Assembly: GCF_000420625.1 (NCBI RefSeq)
Contig: NZ_ATVH01000014.1
Coordinates: 470,348 to 534,347 of the forward strand
Length of the DNA: 64,000 nucleotides
Direction: 5' to 3'
Source of the DNA: Fodinicurvata sediminis DSM 21159
GTDB lineage: Bacteria > Pseudomonadota > Alphaproteobacteria > Kiloniellales > DSM-21159
The first letter of the stretch is position 1; every line of letters starts with the position of its first letter. The notes beneath the pieces are model-generated. The model saw only the letters and a program-made list of their open reading frames with translations. It had not been told where the DNA came from and ran no database searches. Below are positions 1 through 11,058 of this stretch, in pieces. The position numbers were made by a program, and so were the translations under genes.

Positions 1-564
1 CTTGACGGCCGCACCAATCTGCTTGCCTTCCAGGCCCAGCGCGAAGGCAATCTTGCGCCCCTGATAGGGCATGAAGCCGATGGCCGGATCGATCGCTTCC
101 TTGAAGATCTTCTCCGGGTTTTCGGCGGCCACTTCCTCGATTTCCATGCCGCCCTCGGTGGAGGCAACGATGGTCACCCGCGAAGTGGCACGGTCCAGCA
201 GCATCGAAAGGTAAAGCTCGCGCGCAATGTCGCAACCTTCCTCGATATAAAGCCGCTTGACCTCCTTGCCCTCGGATCCGGTCTGCTTGGTGACGAGCGT
301 AGCGCCCAGCATCTGCTCGGCGTTCTCGCGCACCTCGTCCCTGGATTTGACGACCCGGACGCCACCCTTGCCATCCGGATCTTCCTTGAAGCGGCCGGCG
401 CCTCGTCCGCCCGCATGGATCTGGGATTTCACGACCCAGACGGGTCCGCCCAGTTCGTCAGCTGCCTTCTCGGCCTCCGCCGGCGTATAGGCCACCTGGC
501 CCTTCGGCACGGCAACGCCGAACTTCGCCAGCAGGCTCTTTGCCTGATATTCGTGGATATTCAT
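1..564 (-). CDS. sucC: succinyl-CoA synthetase beta subunit, 5' portion (N-terminal ~188 aa); gene runs off window start
   Basis: Reverse-complement translation from ATG (complement of 562..564) reads [57 protein letters not shown]..., the canonical SucC ATP-grasp N-terminus. It lies immediately downstream of mdh on the same strand, the conserved mdh-sucCD order. It is absent from the ORF track as a single ORF because it leaves the window. Confidence 0.9.
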   Translation of the reverse strand, partial: MNIHEYQAKSLLAKFGVAVPKGQVAYTPAEAEKAADELGGPVWVVKSQIHAGGRGAGRFKEDPDGKGGVRVVKSRDEVRENAEQMLGATLVTKQTGSEGKEVKRLYIEEGCDIARELYLSMLLDRATSRVTIVASTEGGMEIEEVAAENPEKIFKEAIDPAIGFMPYQGRKIAFALGLEGKQIGAAVK

Positions 565-742
565 GCTGGTCCGTTCGTGATGTTCGTGATCTTTGTGCTG
601 GTGACGACAAGGCGGGACGGCAGCCCCGCCAAATCCTCTTGCGCACCGGAAGCGCGCGTCACTTTATCACCCTGCCAGTGACACGCAACCGTCGCGGCCG
701 CCTTTTGTGGCGCCCGGTCAACCTTGTGAAGGGCTGGCGGCA

Positions 743-1717
<975 letters not shown>

Positions 1718-2158
1718 CTATGGTCGGGCAACCCGCCCTTGTGAAATTCACGGGCTGTTTACGCCCTTTGCCTCCAGCGGGCAAGGGATCGGCGGGCGCC
1801 TGTGCCTCTTTCCGGGCACTACATCAATCTGCGGTAGATGCTGGCCGGACTCTAGCTCCTACCGCTCGTCGAAAAGCTTTGCATCGGAGCTCCATTGCGC
1901 CAACTCCGGGTTCCCTTGCAGCGCCCACATATACGCTCCCCTGCCCATTCACTTTCGAAAGTATCGCGGCAACGCAGGCACTGCCTGGTCTTGCCTTCAG
2001 CCACATCTGGTCTGTCCCCCAACGGACTGTCACCCGAGGGTTGGAAGAAGGTCATGTCGTGGTTTCCTTGCAGATTCATACACATGCAGCTGTCTGTCCG
2101 GCAGCAATCGCACCGCCGGACAGTCGGGCCCTGAAAAGCCGAAATTCAGCGAGCGGGC

Positions 2159-2290
2159 TTAACGGGCGGGCTTGGAGCCCTTCGCTGCGTCGCTGCTCTT
2201 GGCCGTGCCGGCGGGAGCGTCGGCAGGTTTCGTATCAGCCTTGTCCTCAGGTTTATCTTTTTGCTTCGAGGAAAAATCTTTGAATGACAT
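2159..2290 (-). CDS. hypothetical small Lys/Ala/Pro-rich protein (43 aa), uncertain
   Basis: Own translation MSFKDFSSKQKDKPEDKADTKPADAPAGTAKSSDAAKGSKPAR*. ATG start and clean stop, with a hairpin 2094..2122 just downstream. Low-complexity, so it could be non-coding. Confidence 0.2.
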   Translation of the reverse strand: MSFKDFSSKQKDKPEDKADTKPADAPAGTAKSSDAAKGSKPAR

Positions 2291-2477
2291 TGAAATTTTC
2301 TTTCGTATTTTCCGGCATTAATTCGCCGGTCTTAAATATATGGGTATTATGGAATTGATTCCCAGATTATAATATTTACGTAAAGACTCTACGTTTATTT
2401 CCAAATTCTGCTGGATACACGGTAAGAAGTGACCGAAAAAGACGTGACTTCAATGCACAAGCCCATGAAAGACCATA

Positions 2478-3551
2478 GTGATCCAAGAAAAAGCCATCGG
2501 GGATGCGCCTTCAGCCCAAGCTGAATTTCCGACCCAAGCTGAACTTCAACGTGCCACTGCCCCCTTCCAGACACCGACGCTCCGTGAAAGCTTGAGCCAG
2601 ATTGTCACCTCCTTCGGGGGGTTCATCCTCACCTGCACGGGCATGTATTTGCTGGCAGCACAGTCCTACTGGCTCGCCCTGCTGCCAGCGCCTCTGGCCG
2701 CATTGTTCCTTGTCCGCATCTTCATCATACAACATGACTGCGGCCACTATTCCTTCTTCCGCTCACGCAGGGCCAACAACGTCACCGGGTTTATCTGTGG
2801 CCTTCTGACCCTGACCCCCTACACATCATGGCGCCGCCAGCATGCGGGACACCACGGCATCTGGAACGACCTGGATCGGCGTCAAAGCGGCGCAGACATC
2901 TACTCGTCCTGCCTGACCACCGACGAATACAAGGCCTTGAGTCCGCGCCAGCGTTGGGCTTATCGCACGGCGCGACACCCGCTTGTCGCCAACCTTCTGC
3001 TGCCCCCGCTGATCTTCCTGCTGCTCTATCGCCTGCCCTTCGACATGCCACGCGATTGGCAACGCGAAAGACGCGGTGTCTATTTGACAAACATTGCATT
3101 GCTCGGCCTGCTTACCGGCCTTGGTCTGCTGCTTGGCTTCGAGCGTGTGGTTCTGGTTCAGTTACCGGTCATGATCCTGGCCGCGATCGTCGGGGTCTGG
3201 CTGTTCTCGGTTCAGCATCGCAGCGAGTCCACCCAGTGGTTCCGGCATGATCGCTGGAGTGCGCAGGCCGCTTCAATCGAGGGCTCCACCTTTCTGAACC
3301 TGCCTCGGATCCTGCGCTGGTTCACGGGCAATATCGGCTATCACCATGTCCACCACCTGAATCCGCGAGTCCCCAATTACCGTTTGAAGAGCTGTCATGA
3401 AGCCCTGCCGACCCTGCACGGCGCATCACAACTCAGCTTTCGCGGAGGCATGCGCGCGCTTTGGTACGTCCTCTGGGATGAAGGGCGCGAGAAAATGGTG
3501 ACACTGCGGCAGCTGAATCGAGAACAGCCGCAAGGCAATGCGCCTGCATGA
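2478..3551 (+). CDS. membrane fatty acid desaturase (DesA/sphingolipid-type family)
   Basis: Three His boxes are visible: HDCGH, HAGHHGIWN, HHVHHL. Multiple hydrophobic spans. GTG start directly after an in-frame TAG, preceded by a conspicuously AT-rich upstream region. Confidence 0.85.
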   Translation: MIQEKAIGDAPSAQAEFPTQAELQRATAPFQTPTLRESLSQIVTSFGGFILTCTGMYLLAAQSYWLALLPAPLAALFLVRIFIIQHDCGHYSFFRSRRANNVTGFICGLLTLTPYTSWRRQHAGHHGIWNDLDRRQSGADIYSSCLTTDEYKALSPRQRWAYRTARHPLVANLLLPPLIFLLLYRLPFDMPRDWQRERRGVYLTNIALLGLLTGLGLLLGFERVVLVQLPVMILAAIVGVWLFSVQHRSESTQWFRHDRWSAQAASIEGSTFLNLPRILRWFTGNIGYHHVHHLNPRVPNYRLKSCHEALPTLHGASQLSFRGGMRALWYVLWDEGREKMVTLRQLNREQPQGNAPA

Positions 3552-4642
3552 AGCTCTTCGAGTGCCAGAACTGCAGGCAACGCCTCTATTTCGAGAACAC
3601 GAGGTGCGAGCACTGCGGCATGGCACTGGGCTACATTCCCGAAATAACGACGCTCAGTGCGCTTTCGCCCTCTGGTGACGGCGCCTGGAAGGCACTGGCT
3701 GCCTCCGGCCGGACCTTCCGCTTCTGCGCCAATGCCAGTCACGACGCCTGCAACTGGCTTGTGCCCCAGGGCAGTAAGGATATCTGCAGCAAGGACATCT
3801 ACTGCCACGCCTGTCGACACAACCGGACGATACCTAACCTCTCGGATGCGCGGAACCTGCTGCTATGGCAGAGGATCGAGGGCGCCAAGCATCGGCTCTT
3901 TTACGGCCTGCTGCGCCTTGGCCTGCCATTGGTGGACAAGCGTGCGGATGCCGCGCATGGCCTTGCGTTCGACTTCCTTGGCCAGGCACCCGAGCCGTTC
4001 CAGGAATCTTCCCAGGTCATGACAGGACATGCCGAGGGCCTGATCACCCTGGATATTTCGGAAGCCGACGACGCAGCGCGCGAACGCCACCGCCTGCAGA
4101 TGGCGGAACCCTATCGCACCCTGCTTGGGCACTTTCGCCACGAGATCGGGCATCACTACTGGGAAAGGCTTGTGCGAGGCGGCGTCTGGCACAGCGCTTT
4201 TCGCGAGCTGTTCGGCGATGAGCGCCAGGACTACATGACGGCCCTGCAGAACCACTATTCCCATGGCCCTCCTTCCGACTGGCAGGACCACTACATAAGC
4301 AGCTATGCCAGCGCCCATCCCTGGGAGGACTTCGCCGAGTGCTGGGCACACTATCTGCATATTCTGGACACCCTGGAAACGGCACATGCCTTCCAGTTGC
4401 AGGTTGCGCCGCGCACCGGCCGCGATTTCGAAACCGCCCAAAGCTTTGACATCGATCCCTACGAGGAAGCGGATTTCGACCGTCTGTTCGCAAACTGGCC
4501 GTCCCTGACCTTTGCGATCAACAGCCTAAGTCACAGCATGGGGCAGCCCGACCTCTATCCCTTTGTCCTGACTCCGACTGTCATGGGCAAGCTTCGCTTC
4601 GTGCACGGGCTTGTCCAGGCCAACAGAGGACAGCTTTGCTAG
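3548..4642 (+). CDS. putative zinc-binding metallopeptidase (N-terminal zinc-ribbon + zincin HEIGHH motif)
   Basis: N-terminal CQNCRQ...CEHCG zinc ribbon; FRHEIGHHYWE matches HExxH. Start overlaps the desaturase stop by 4 nt (ATGA), suggesting an operon. Confidence 0.75.
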   Translation: MKLFECQNCRQRLYFENTRCEHCGMALGYIPEITTLSALSPSGDGAWKALAASGRTFRFCANASHDACNWLVPQGSKDICSKDIYCHACRHNRTIPNLSDARNLLLWQRIEGAKHRLFYGLLRLGLPLVDKRADAAHGLAFDFLGQAPEPFQESSQVMTGHAEGLITLDISEADDAARERHRLQMAEPYRTLLGHFRHEIGHHYWERLVRGGVWHSAFRELFGDERQDYMTALQNHYSHGPPSDWQDHYISSYASAHPWEDFAECWAHYLHILDTLETAHAFQLQVAPRTGRDFETAQSFDIDPYEEADFDRLFANWPSLTFAINSLSHSMGQPDLYPFVLTPTVMGKLRFVHGLVQANRGQLC

Positions 4643-4652
4643 CCCCAGAGAG

Positions 4653-5711
4653 CTATCCGCGCCGCGGCATCAGGACGGTATAGTCCAGGTCCAGCACAAC
4701 GCAGGGGTCGGGCTTTCCCTCTTCATCCTTGTCAGGAAACTCGGTACAGGGCCGGTCCTTCGCGCCAACGCTCCGCAGCCTCAAGGCCGCAAGATCGTTG
4801 CGGCCGGGCAGTTCCATCTTCTCCAGAACCTCGGACCAGGCAAAAAGCGTATGGCCTGCAAAGGTGGGCGAAACATGGCGCCCGCCATTGATGGCCGCAA
4901 TCCGGACGGCATTGCCCAACCCGTTGAAACTGAGCGCACGGACCAGGGAGATGACATGTCCACCATAGACGATACGGCGCCCGAAACGGTTGCTGTTGGC
5001 TGCCAATTGGTCGAAATGCACCCGGGCGGTGTTCTGGTAGAGACGGGTTGCCATCTGATGCTCGGCTTCCTCCAGGGTCATGGCGTCACCGTGATCAATC
5101 CGCTCACCAACCGCGTAATCCTCCCAGAAATACGGACTGCCGGCCAACTCGCCATCATAGCCGGCGCAGTTCAGACCTTCGGGCAGCACCAGGTCTTCTG
5201 CCGCGACCGCATCGGCCAACTCCGGGACCTGGGTCTGTGGTGCCGGCGAGTCCGGATCGCGCTTGTTGACCAGAACCCAGCGCTTGAAGTCCAGGACCGG
5301 TTCGCCCAGCTGGTTCACTCCTGTGGTCTGAACATAGACGATCCCGGTATTGCCCGCAGAGGTCTGCTTCAGGCCGATCACCTGCGAATAGGCCGTCAGT
5401 GTATCCCCGGGATAGACCGGAATGCCGAAGCGGCACTCGGCATACCCGAGATTGGCCACGGCATTGAGCGAGATATCCGGCACCGACTTGCCGAAAACCA
5501 CGTGAAAGACCAGCAGGTCATCCAGCGGCGCCTCGTCCAGCCCCAGCGACACGGCAAAGTCCGCCGAGGAATGCAGGGCAAAGCGACTGCCCGTCAGTGC
5601 CATGTAGAGTGCAGCATCCCCCTCCGTCACCGTGCGCGGCGTGGCATGACGGATTTCCTGGCCAAGCGTGAAATCCTCGAAGAAATTGCCCTGAAAGGCC
5701 TTGTCACTCAC
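4653..5711 (-). CDS. mch: mesaconyl-CoA hydratase-like double MaoC/hotdog dehydratase
   Basis: 352 aa with two MaoC-like halves; motifs FHVVFGKSVPDISLNAVANLGYAE, VGERIDH, EEAEH, YGGHVISL, LDLDY resemble Mch of the ethylmalonyl-CoA pathway. Adjacent to a CitE-like gene, as in Rhodobacter mch-mcl2. Confidence 0.65.
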   Translation of the reverse strand: MSDKAFQGNFFEDFTLGQEIRHATPRTVTEGDAALYMALTGSRFALHSSADFAVSLGLDEAPLDDLLVFHVVFGKSVPDISLNAVANLGYAECRFGIPVYPGDTLTAYSQVIGLKQTSAGNTGIVYVQTTGVNQLGEPVLDFKRWVLVNKRDPDSPAPQTQVPELADAVAAEDLVLPEGLNCAGYDGELAGSPYFWEDYAVGERIDHGDAMTLEEAEHQMATRLYQNTARVHFDQLAANSNRFGRRIVYGGHVISLVRALSFNGLGNAVRIAAINGGRHVSPTFAGHTLFAWSEVLEKMELPGRNDLAALRLRSVGAKDRPCTEFPDKDEEGKPDPCVVLDLDYTVLMPRRG

Positions 5712-5755
5712 ATTCTGCTCCTTGTCCGGTCGGAAGGACTGCTCCCGGGTTCACC

Positions 5756-6643
5756 TCAGGACGCCGCCTGGTCCTCCAGCTCCTTGATGGCCTCGGCCAG
5801 GGCCACGGTTCGCTTGGCCGTTTCCACATGCAGGTTCTCGATCAGTTTGCCATCCAGCACGACCACGCCCTTGCCTTCGCGCACGGCTTCGCCATGTGCC
5901 TCGATGATGCGATTGGCCTCGGCCACTTCGTCGCTGGAGGGGGCAAAAACCTCGTTTGCCTTTGCGATCGTCTTGGGGTGGATCAGGGTCTTTCCGTCAA
6001 AGCCAAGCTCCCTGCCCTGGCGGCAATGCTCGGAAAAGCCCGCGTCGTCGCTCAGATCCAGGTGCACGCCATCGACGATCGCCAGACCGGCGGCCCGGGC
6101 AGCCAGGACACAAAGCGACAGCGAGGTCAGGACCGGCAGACGCTGATGGGTATGCTCGGCATTCAATTCCTTCACCAGGTCCGAAGTGCCCATCACCAGA
6201 CAGGTCAGCCGTTTGCTGGCCTGTGCAATCTCGTCCGCATTCAGGATTCCACGCGGGGTCTCCATCATGCACATCAGGCCAACGTCCTCCCCGGCACCGG
6301 CCTTCACCATCAGTTCCTCGGCCTGCCGGACCATGGCTGCCGATTCCACCTTGGGAAGCATCAAGGCATCGGCCCCGCAGGTCGCAAGGGCCTCGATATC
6401 CGCACGGCCCCAATCGCTATCCAGTCCGTTGACGCGGACGATGATTTCACGACGTCCATATCCGCCCTGCTTCACGGCTTCGGCAATGTTCGCGCGCGCC
6501 TCGTCCTTGGCGTCGGGTGCCACGGCATCCTCGAGGTCCAGGATCAGGGCATCCGCCGGCAGGCCGCGGCCCTTATCGAGGGCTCGCGTGTTCGAGCCGG
6601 GCATATAGAGGACACTGCGGCGCGGGCGGAAGGTTTCGGTCAT
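5756..6643 (-). CDS. CitE/HpcH-family (3S)-malyl-CoA lyase/thioesterase-like protein (Mcl2-like)
   Basis: 295 aa, ILDLEDAVAP...ARANI motif typical of the citrate lyase beta / malyl-CoA lyase family. The size matches the ~285-aa CitE-like malyl-CoA thioesterase found next to mch. Confidence 0.65.
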   Translation of the reverse strand: MTETFRPRRSVLYMPGSNTRALDKGRGLPADALILDLEDAVAPDAKDEARANIAEAVKQGGYGRREIIVRVNGLDSDWGRADIEALATCGADALMLPKVESAAMVRQAEELMVKAGAGEDVGLMCMMETPRGILNADEIAQASKRLTCLVMGTSDLVKELNAEHTHQRLPVLTSLSLCVLAARAAGLAIVDGVHLDLSDDAGFSEHCRQGRELGFDGKTLIHPKTIAKANEVFAPSSDEVAEANRIIEAHGEAVREGKGVVVLDGKLIENLHVETAKRTVALAEAIKELEDQAAS

Positions 6644-6798
6644 TCTGCTCTACCTCTCTGTCGTAGGGTCGGTCGAGGCTCTTGCGGCAAGCCTGTCCGA
6701 CGGTCGGTTCTTGCAATCAAAGGAATTCTTGCCGAAGCAGGGCTGCTACAGCAAGTTTGCAGGAAAGAAAAATCGTCAATCCCACTGGAAAGTCCAAA

Positions 6799-7656
6799 AT
6801 GAGCATACTCTCCGTCCAGTCCCATGTCGCCTATGGTTATGTCGGGAACCGCGCCGCCGTATTTCCCTTGCAACGCCTCGGTTTCGACGTCTGGGCCGTC
6901 AACACGGTCCAGTTCTCCAACCATACGGGCTACGGCAGCTGGACCGGAGAAATCTTCACGCCCGAGCATATCTCCTCGGTCCTTTCCGGCATCTTCGAGC
7001 GCGCGCCCCTGGAGTCCTGCGAAGCGGTCCTGTCGGGTTATCTGGGCGCAGCCAAGCTGGGCGAGACCATCCTGTCCACAGTGGACCGCGTTCGCGAAGC
7101 CCGGCCAACAGCGCTCTATACCTGTGATCCGGTCATGGGGGACGTAGGCCGCGGCATTTTCGTCCAGCCGGAAATCCCTGACTTCATGAAACAGCGCGCC
7201 GTCCCGGCCGCCGACATCATCACGCCCAACCAGTTCGAACTGGAACTCTTGACGGGAGAGACGCCAAGCGACCTTGAACACGCCATCGCAGCAGCTCAAA
7301 AGGCACGCGCCCTGGGTCCGGAAGTGGTTGTGGTGACCTCGCTTCAGACCTCGGAAACTCCGGACGACTCCATCGAAATGCTGGCCGTCTCGGGCGAAGG
7401 CGCCTGGCGCGTGCGCACGCCCATGCTGCCACTGGAAATCCCGCCGAACGGCGCCGGGGATGCCGTCACAGCTCTGTTCCTGGCACATTACCTGAAAACG
7501 CACTCGGCGCCCGACAGCCTGGCCGCCATGGCCGCGGCCGTCTTCGAGATCATTTCTGCCACTCTGGAAGCCGGCACACGGGAATTGCAGCTTATCGCTT
7601 CACAAGACCGCTTCGTGAAGCCGGACAAGCGCTTCACGCCGGACAAGGTGGGGTGA
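6799..7656 (+). CDS. pdxY: pyridoxal/pyridoxamine kinase
   Basis: [46 protein letters not shown] is a close match to the PdxY/PdxK ribokinase-family N-terminus. The ATG at 6799 is internal to the longer track ORF 6682..7656. Confidence 0.85.
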   Translation: MSILSVQSHVAYGYVGNRAAVFPLQRLGFDVWAVNTVQFSNHTGYGSWTGEIFTPEHISSVLSGIFERAPLESCEAVLSGYLGAAKLGETILSTVDRVREARPTALYTCDPVMGDVGRGIFVQPEIPDFMKQRAVPAADIITPNQFELELLTGETPSDLEHAIAAAQKARALGPEVVVVTSLQTSETPDDSIEMLAVSGEGAWRVRTPMLPLEIPPNGAGDAVTALFLAHYLKTHSAPDSLAAMAAAVFEIISATLEAGTRELQLIASQDRFVKPDKRFTPDKVG

Positions 7657-7693
7657 CAACGCGCTCCCACCCTTCATCCGGCGTTGATATGGC

Positions 7694-8707
7694 TCAGAGG
7701 TAGCTCTCGACCAGCTTCTCTGCGATCTGGACCGTGTTGAGAGCGGCACCTTTGCGCAGGTTGTCGGAGACGACCCACAGGGCCAGGCCGTTGTCGACGG
7801 TCGGATCCTGGCGGATTCGACTGACGAAGACGGAATCCTCGCCGGCGGACTCGACCGGGGTGACATAGCCTTCGTCGACCCGGTGATCGACCACGGAGAC
7901 CCCAGGTGCCTCGCGCAGGATTTCGCGGGCGCGCTCCTCACCCAGCTCATCCATGAACTCGATGTTCACGGCCTCGCCATGGCCCACGAAGACCGGCACG
8001 CGCACACAGGTGGCGTGCAGCTTGATCTGCGGATCCATGATCTTCTTGGTCTCCACTGTCATCTTCCACTCTTCCTTGGTCGAGCCATCGTCCATGAAGA
8101 CGTCGATGTGGGGAATGACGTTGAAGGCGATCTGCTTGGTGAACTGCTCCTTCTTGATCGGATCGTTCACGTAGATGGCGCGGGTCTGGTTGAACAGTTC
8201 GTCCATGCCCTCCTTGCCACTGCCGGAGACCGACTGGTAGGTCGACACCACCACCCGCTCGATGGGCATGACTTCATGCAGCGGCTTCAGTGCCATGACC
8301 AGCTGGATCGTCGAGCAGTTGGGATTGGCTATGATATTCTTGCGGCCATAGCCGGCGATGGCCTCGGGATTGACTTCGGGGACCACCAGCGGGACGTCGG
8401 GATCCATGCGGAACTGCGAGGTGTTGTCGATCACCACGGTTCCGGCACGTGCGGCAATCGGCGCATACTGCTCGGAAACCTTGCCACCCGGCGAAAAGAG
8501 CGCAATATCGACACCGGTGAAGTCGAACTTGGCCAGGTCCTGGACCTTCAGAACCTTGTCCTCGCCGAAGGAAACCTCACTCCCGGCCGAACGCTCGGAG
8601 GCGACGGCGTAGACTTCATCCGCGGGAAATCCACGCTCGGAAAGGATCGTGAGCATTTCGCGACCAACGTTGCCGCTTGCTCCGACGACTGCCACCTTGT
8701 AACCCAT
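7694..8707 (-). CDS. asd: aspartate-semialdehyde dehydrogenase
   Basis: MGYKVAVVGASGNVGREMLTILSERGFP... with the active-site region NPNCSTIQLV. Start moved to the internal ATG (complement of 8705..8707) of track ORF 7694..8776. Confidence 0.9.
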   Translation of the reverse strand: MGYKVAVVGASGNVGREMLTILSERGFPADEVYAVASERSAGSEVSFGEDKVLKVQDLAKFDFTGVDIALFSPGGKVSEQYAPIAARAGTVVIDNTSQFRMDPDVPLVVPEVNPEAIAGYGRKNIIANPNCSTIQLVMALKPLHEVMPIERVVVSTYQSVSGSGKEGMDELFNQTRAIYVNDPIKKEQFTKQIAFNVIPHIDVFMDDGSTKEEWKMTVETKKIMDPQIKLHATCVRVPVFVGHGEAVNIEFMDELGEERAREILREAPGVSVVDHRVDEGYVTPVESAGEDSVFVSRIRQDPTVDNGLALWVVSDNLRKGAALNTVQIAEKLVESYL

Positions 8708-8798
8708 AATAACTATCCATATTTGACTTGCGCCTGAACGGGGCTCGGACTTTAGACCTTTGCTTCCGTTTTGCAAGAGATGCAGATGGACGAAAAAT

Positions 8799-9782
8799 AT
8801 GTCTCAGTCACGCTATGATCACCCCGATTCCTCCCGTCGCGGCTTCCTGAAGGCCAGCGCCTGGACCCTGGCGGCCGGCGCCCTGTTCTCAGGGACACTG
8901 GCCGCTGGCCAGGCCTTTGCCGTGGACGGCACTGCCAGCACTGAAGAAGGCGAACGTCCCGAAAGCCGCCTGGTGGGTGAGCTGCGGTATTACCAGGCCA
9001 GGAAGGACGACACCCTGGTGGACATCGCAACGCGCATGGGCATCGGCTTCGTGGCCCTGCGCGCGGCCAATCCCGACGTGGATGTCTGGTTGCCGGGCGA
9101 GGGAACGGAAATTATCCTTCCGACACAAAGCCTGCTGCCGCCGGCTGAGCACAACGGTATCGTCATCAACCTGCCGGAAATGCGCCTCTATCATTTCCGG
9201 GAGGAAGGCGCCCTGCCCGTCTTCTATCCCATCGGAATCGGCCGCGAAGGCCGCACAACCCCGCTGGGCAGCACGCGGATCGAGCGCAAGACCGAGAATC
9301 CGACCTGGTATCCGCCGGAATCCATCAAGGCCGAAAAACCCGAGCTGCCCGATGTGGTGCCGCCGGGGCCGGACAACCCCCTGGGCACCCGTGCCCTCTA
9401 CCTGGGCTGGCCGGCTTACCTGATCCACGGAACCAACAACCCCTATGGTATCGGACGACGCGCCAGTGCCGGCTGTATCCGCATGTACCCTGACGATGTC
9501 GAGGCACTCTATCCCACCGTGCCCATAGGCACCGGCGTCCAGGTGCTGAACGAACCGGTCAAGATCGCCTGGGTCGGCAAGGCGCTCTATCTGGAAGTCC
9601 ACCCCACACAGCAGCAGGCGGACCAGGTGGAACGAAGCGGCTATTTCGACCGCGTCATGCCTGAGAATCTGGTCGGACGCGTCATGCAGGCCGCCGGCCG
9701 GGACAGGGACCGCCTGAACTGGCAGGCCATCGACAAGGCCGGAATGGAACGCCCGGGCTATCCCATCCAGGTCAACGTATAA
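8799..9782 (+). CDS. L,D-transpeptidase (YkuD domain) with LysM domain and Tat signal
   Basis: Tat motif SRRGFLKASAWTLAAGA, a LysM-like stretch (DDTLVDIATRMGIGFVALRAANP) and YkuD catalytic motifs HGTNNP...SAGCIRM. Confidence 0.85.
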   Translation: MSQSRYDHPDSSRRGFLKASAWTLAAGALFSGTLAAGQAFAVDGTASTEEGERPESRLVGELRYYQARKDDTLVDIATRMGIGFVALRAANPDVDVWLPGEGTEIILPTQSLLPPAEHNGIVINLPEMRLYHFREEGALPVFYPIGIGREGRTTPLGSTRIERKTENPTWYPPESIKAEKPELPDVVPPGPDNPLGTRALYLGWPAYLIHGTNNPYGIGRRASAGCIRMYPDDVEALYPTVPIGTGVQVLNEPVKIAWVGKALYLEVHPTQQQADQVERSGYFDRVMPENLVGRVMQAAGRDRDRLNWQAIDKAGMERPGYPIQVNV

Positions 9783-9845
9783 GCCGATCAGGACCGACCA
9801 GCGCAGGGCTCACACGAGCAATACGGCCTTAAAAAGGGGGCAGCC

Positions 9846-10457
9846 ATGGCCATCACGACCGTCGCGCAACTGGAAGCGCTTTATGACACAAGCGTCTCCC
9901 AAGCCGCGCGCGAGAAGGAAACCGACCGGGTCATCGCGCCCTATGCGCACTTGATCGAAGCCTCCCCCTTCGCGATCCTGGCCACATCGGGCCCTGAAGG
10001 ACTGGACTGCTCCCCGCGCGGCGACCGCCCCGGCTTCTTGAAGCTTCAGGATGACCGCACCCTGATCCTACCCGACCGCAAGGGCAACAACCGCTTGGAC
10101 TCCTTACGCAACATTCTGAATGACCCCCGTGTCGCCCTGCTCTTTCTGATCCCGGGCAGCGGCACGACCCTGCGCGTCAATGGAAGGGCCATCATCTCCG
10201 ACGATCCGGAGTTACTCGACAGCCTGGCCATCGACGGCAAGCCACCGAAAACCGCCCTGGTGATCTCTGTCGAGACGGTCTATTTCCAGTGTGCACGCGC
10301 CGTTCTGCGGGCCGGACTCTGGGACAGCGACAGCCAGGTGGACCCAAAAAGCCTGCCAAGTGCAGGCGACATCCTGGAAGCGGTTTCCCAAGCGCGCATC
10401 AATGGGGAAAGTTTCGATCAGGACTGGAATGAACGTGCCGTAAAGACGCTGTGGTAG
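9846..10457 (+). CDS. pyridoxamine 5'-phosphate oxidase-family FMN-binding protein (MSMEG_1061-like)
   Basis: 203 aa; the split-barrel PPOX-like pattern (RVALLFLIPGSGTTLRVNGRA...LVISVETVYFQCARA) is typical of this flavoprotein family. Confidence 0.7.
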   Translation: MAITTVAQLEALYDTSVSQAAREKETDRVIAPYAHLIEASPFAILATSGPEGLDCSPRGDRPGFLKLQDDRTLILPDRKGNNRLDSLRNILNDPRVALLFLIPGSGTTLRVNGRAIISDDPELLDSLAIDGKPPKTALVISVETVYFQCARAVLRAGLWDSDSQVDPKSLPSAGDILEAVSQARINGESFDQDWNERAVKTLW

Positions 10458-10490
10458 AGTTTCCTGTCCGCAACAGCTACCAGACAGAAT

Positions 10491-10535
10491 AAAAAAAAAC
10501 CCGACCCTGAAGACTGCAGGGCCGGGTTTTTCTTT
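10491..10535. terminator. bidirectional rho-independent terminator between convergent genes
   Basis: aaaaaaaaa-CCCGACCCTG-aagactg-CAGGGCCGGG-tttttcttt. GC stem with an A-run upstream and a T-run downstream, so it serves both the + gene (9846..10457) and the - gene (10553..10798). Confidence 0.8.
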
Positions 10536-10552
10536 GAAAGTTGCCGAAAGGC

Positions 10553-10798
10553 TTACTTGCGGACAGAACTTTCGAAAGCGCGATCGGCGCGGGCTGCCGC
10601 ACCTTCGGCACGCTCGGCCGCAGCTTCCGCGCGCACGGCGGAGTCCTCGGCGGAACGTGCAGCCTGTTCGGCCCGCTCAACCGAAGCCATGACCTGCGAC
10701 TTTTCCTCTTCGCTCATCGCGGTGGAGCAGGCTGCCAGACCGGTTGCGCTCAGCGTGGCGATGCCGACAACGGCGAATGTACGTGCGAACTTGGACAT
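10553..10798 (-). CDS. small Ala/Glu/Arg-rich repeat lipoprotein (hypothetical)
   Basis: Signal peptide plus lipobox (TLSATGLAAC|S), followed by degenerate AxRAExAA repeats (SAERAEQAARSAEDSAVRAEAAAERAEGAAARADRA). Confidence 0.5.
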   Translation of the reverse strand: MSKFARTFAVVGIATLSATGLAACSTAMSEEEKSQVMASVERAEQAARSAEDSAVRAEAAAERAEGAAARADRAFESSVRK

Positions 10799-11058
10799 CT
10801 TGAGTCCCCTTATCCATTGTTCGAAGTTTATAATTCTGCGTCGCCCCTCCTTGCGTCAGGGCTCATCAACAAGGTGTGATGCATTTGGGAATATTGCAAG
10901 TTTGTCGCCTCCAATGTCCCAAAATTGCAACCGCTTACCTCCACAGCACCCTGTTTCGTCCGGAAAGCGTCACAGCCGTTCGGCGAACAGGAGGCATGAT
11001 GCCATTCATTATTGGTGCAGTTTGCGGCAAAGTTGTGGCAAACCGCCTGCCATGACGA

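Noticed and set aside
6682-6798. Upstream extension of the pdxY ORF (MRQACPTVGSCNQ...)
   Set aside because: PdxY homology begins exactly at the internal ATG 6799 (MSILSVQSH...). The extension is Cys/Arg-rich and lacks family features.
8708-8776. Upstream extensions of asd (MQNGSKGL...), leuD (12832..13035) and the L,D-transpeptidase (8760..8798)
   Set aside because: Conserved N-termini (MGYKVAVVGA; MEKFDKL; MSQSRY...RRGFLK Tat motif) start at internal ATGs. Extensions overlap neighbouring genes or lack homology.
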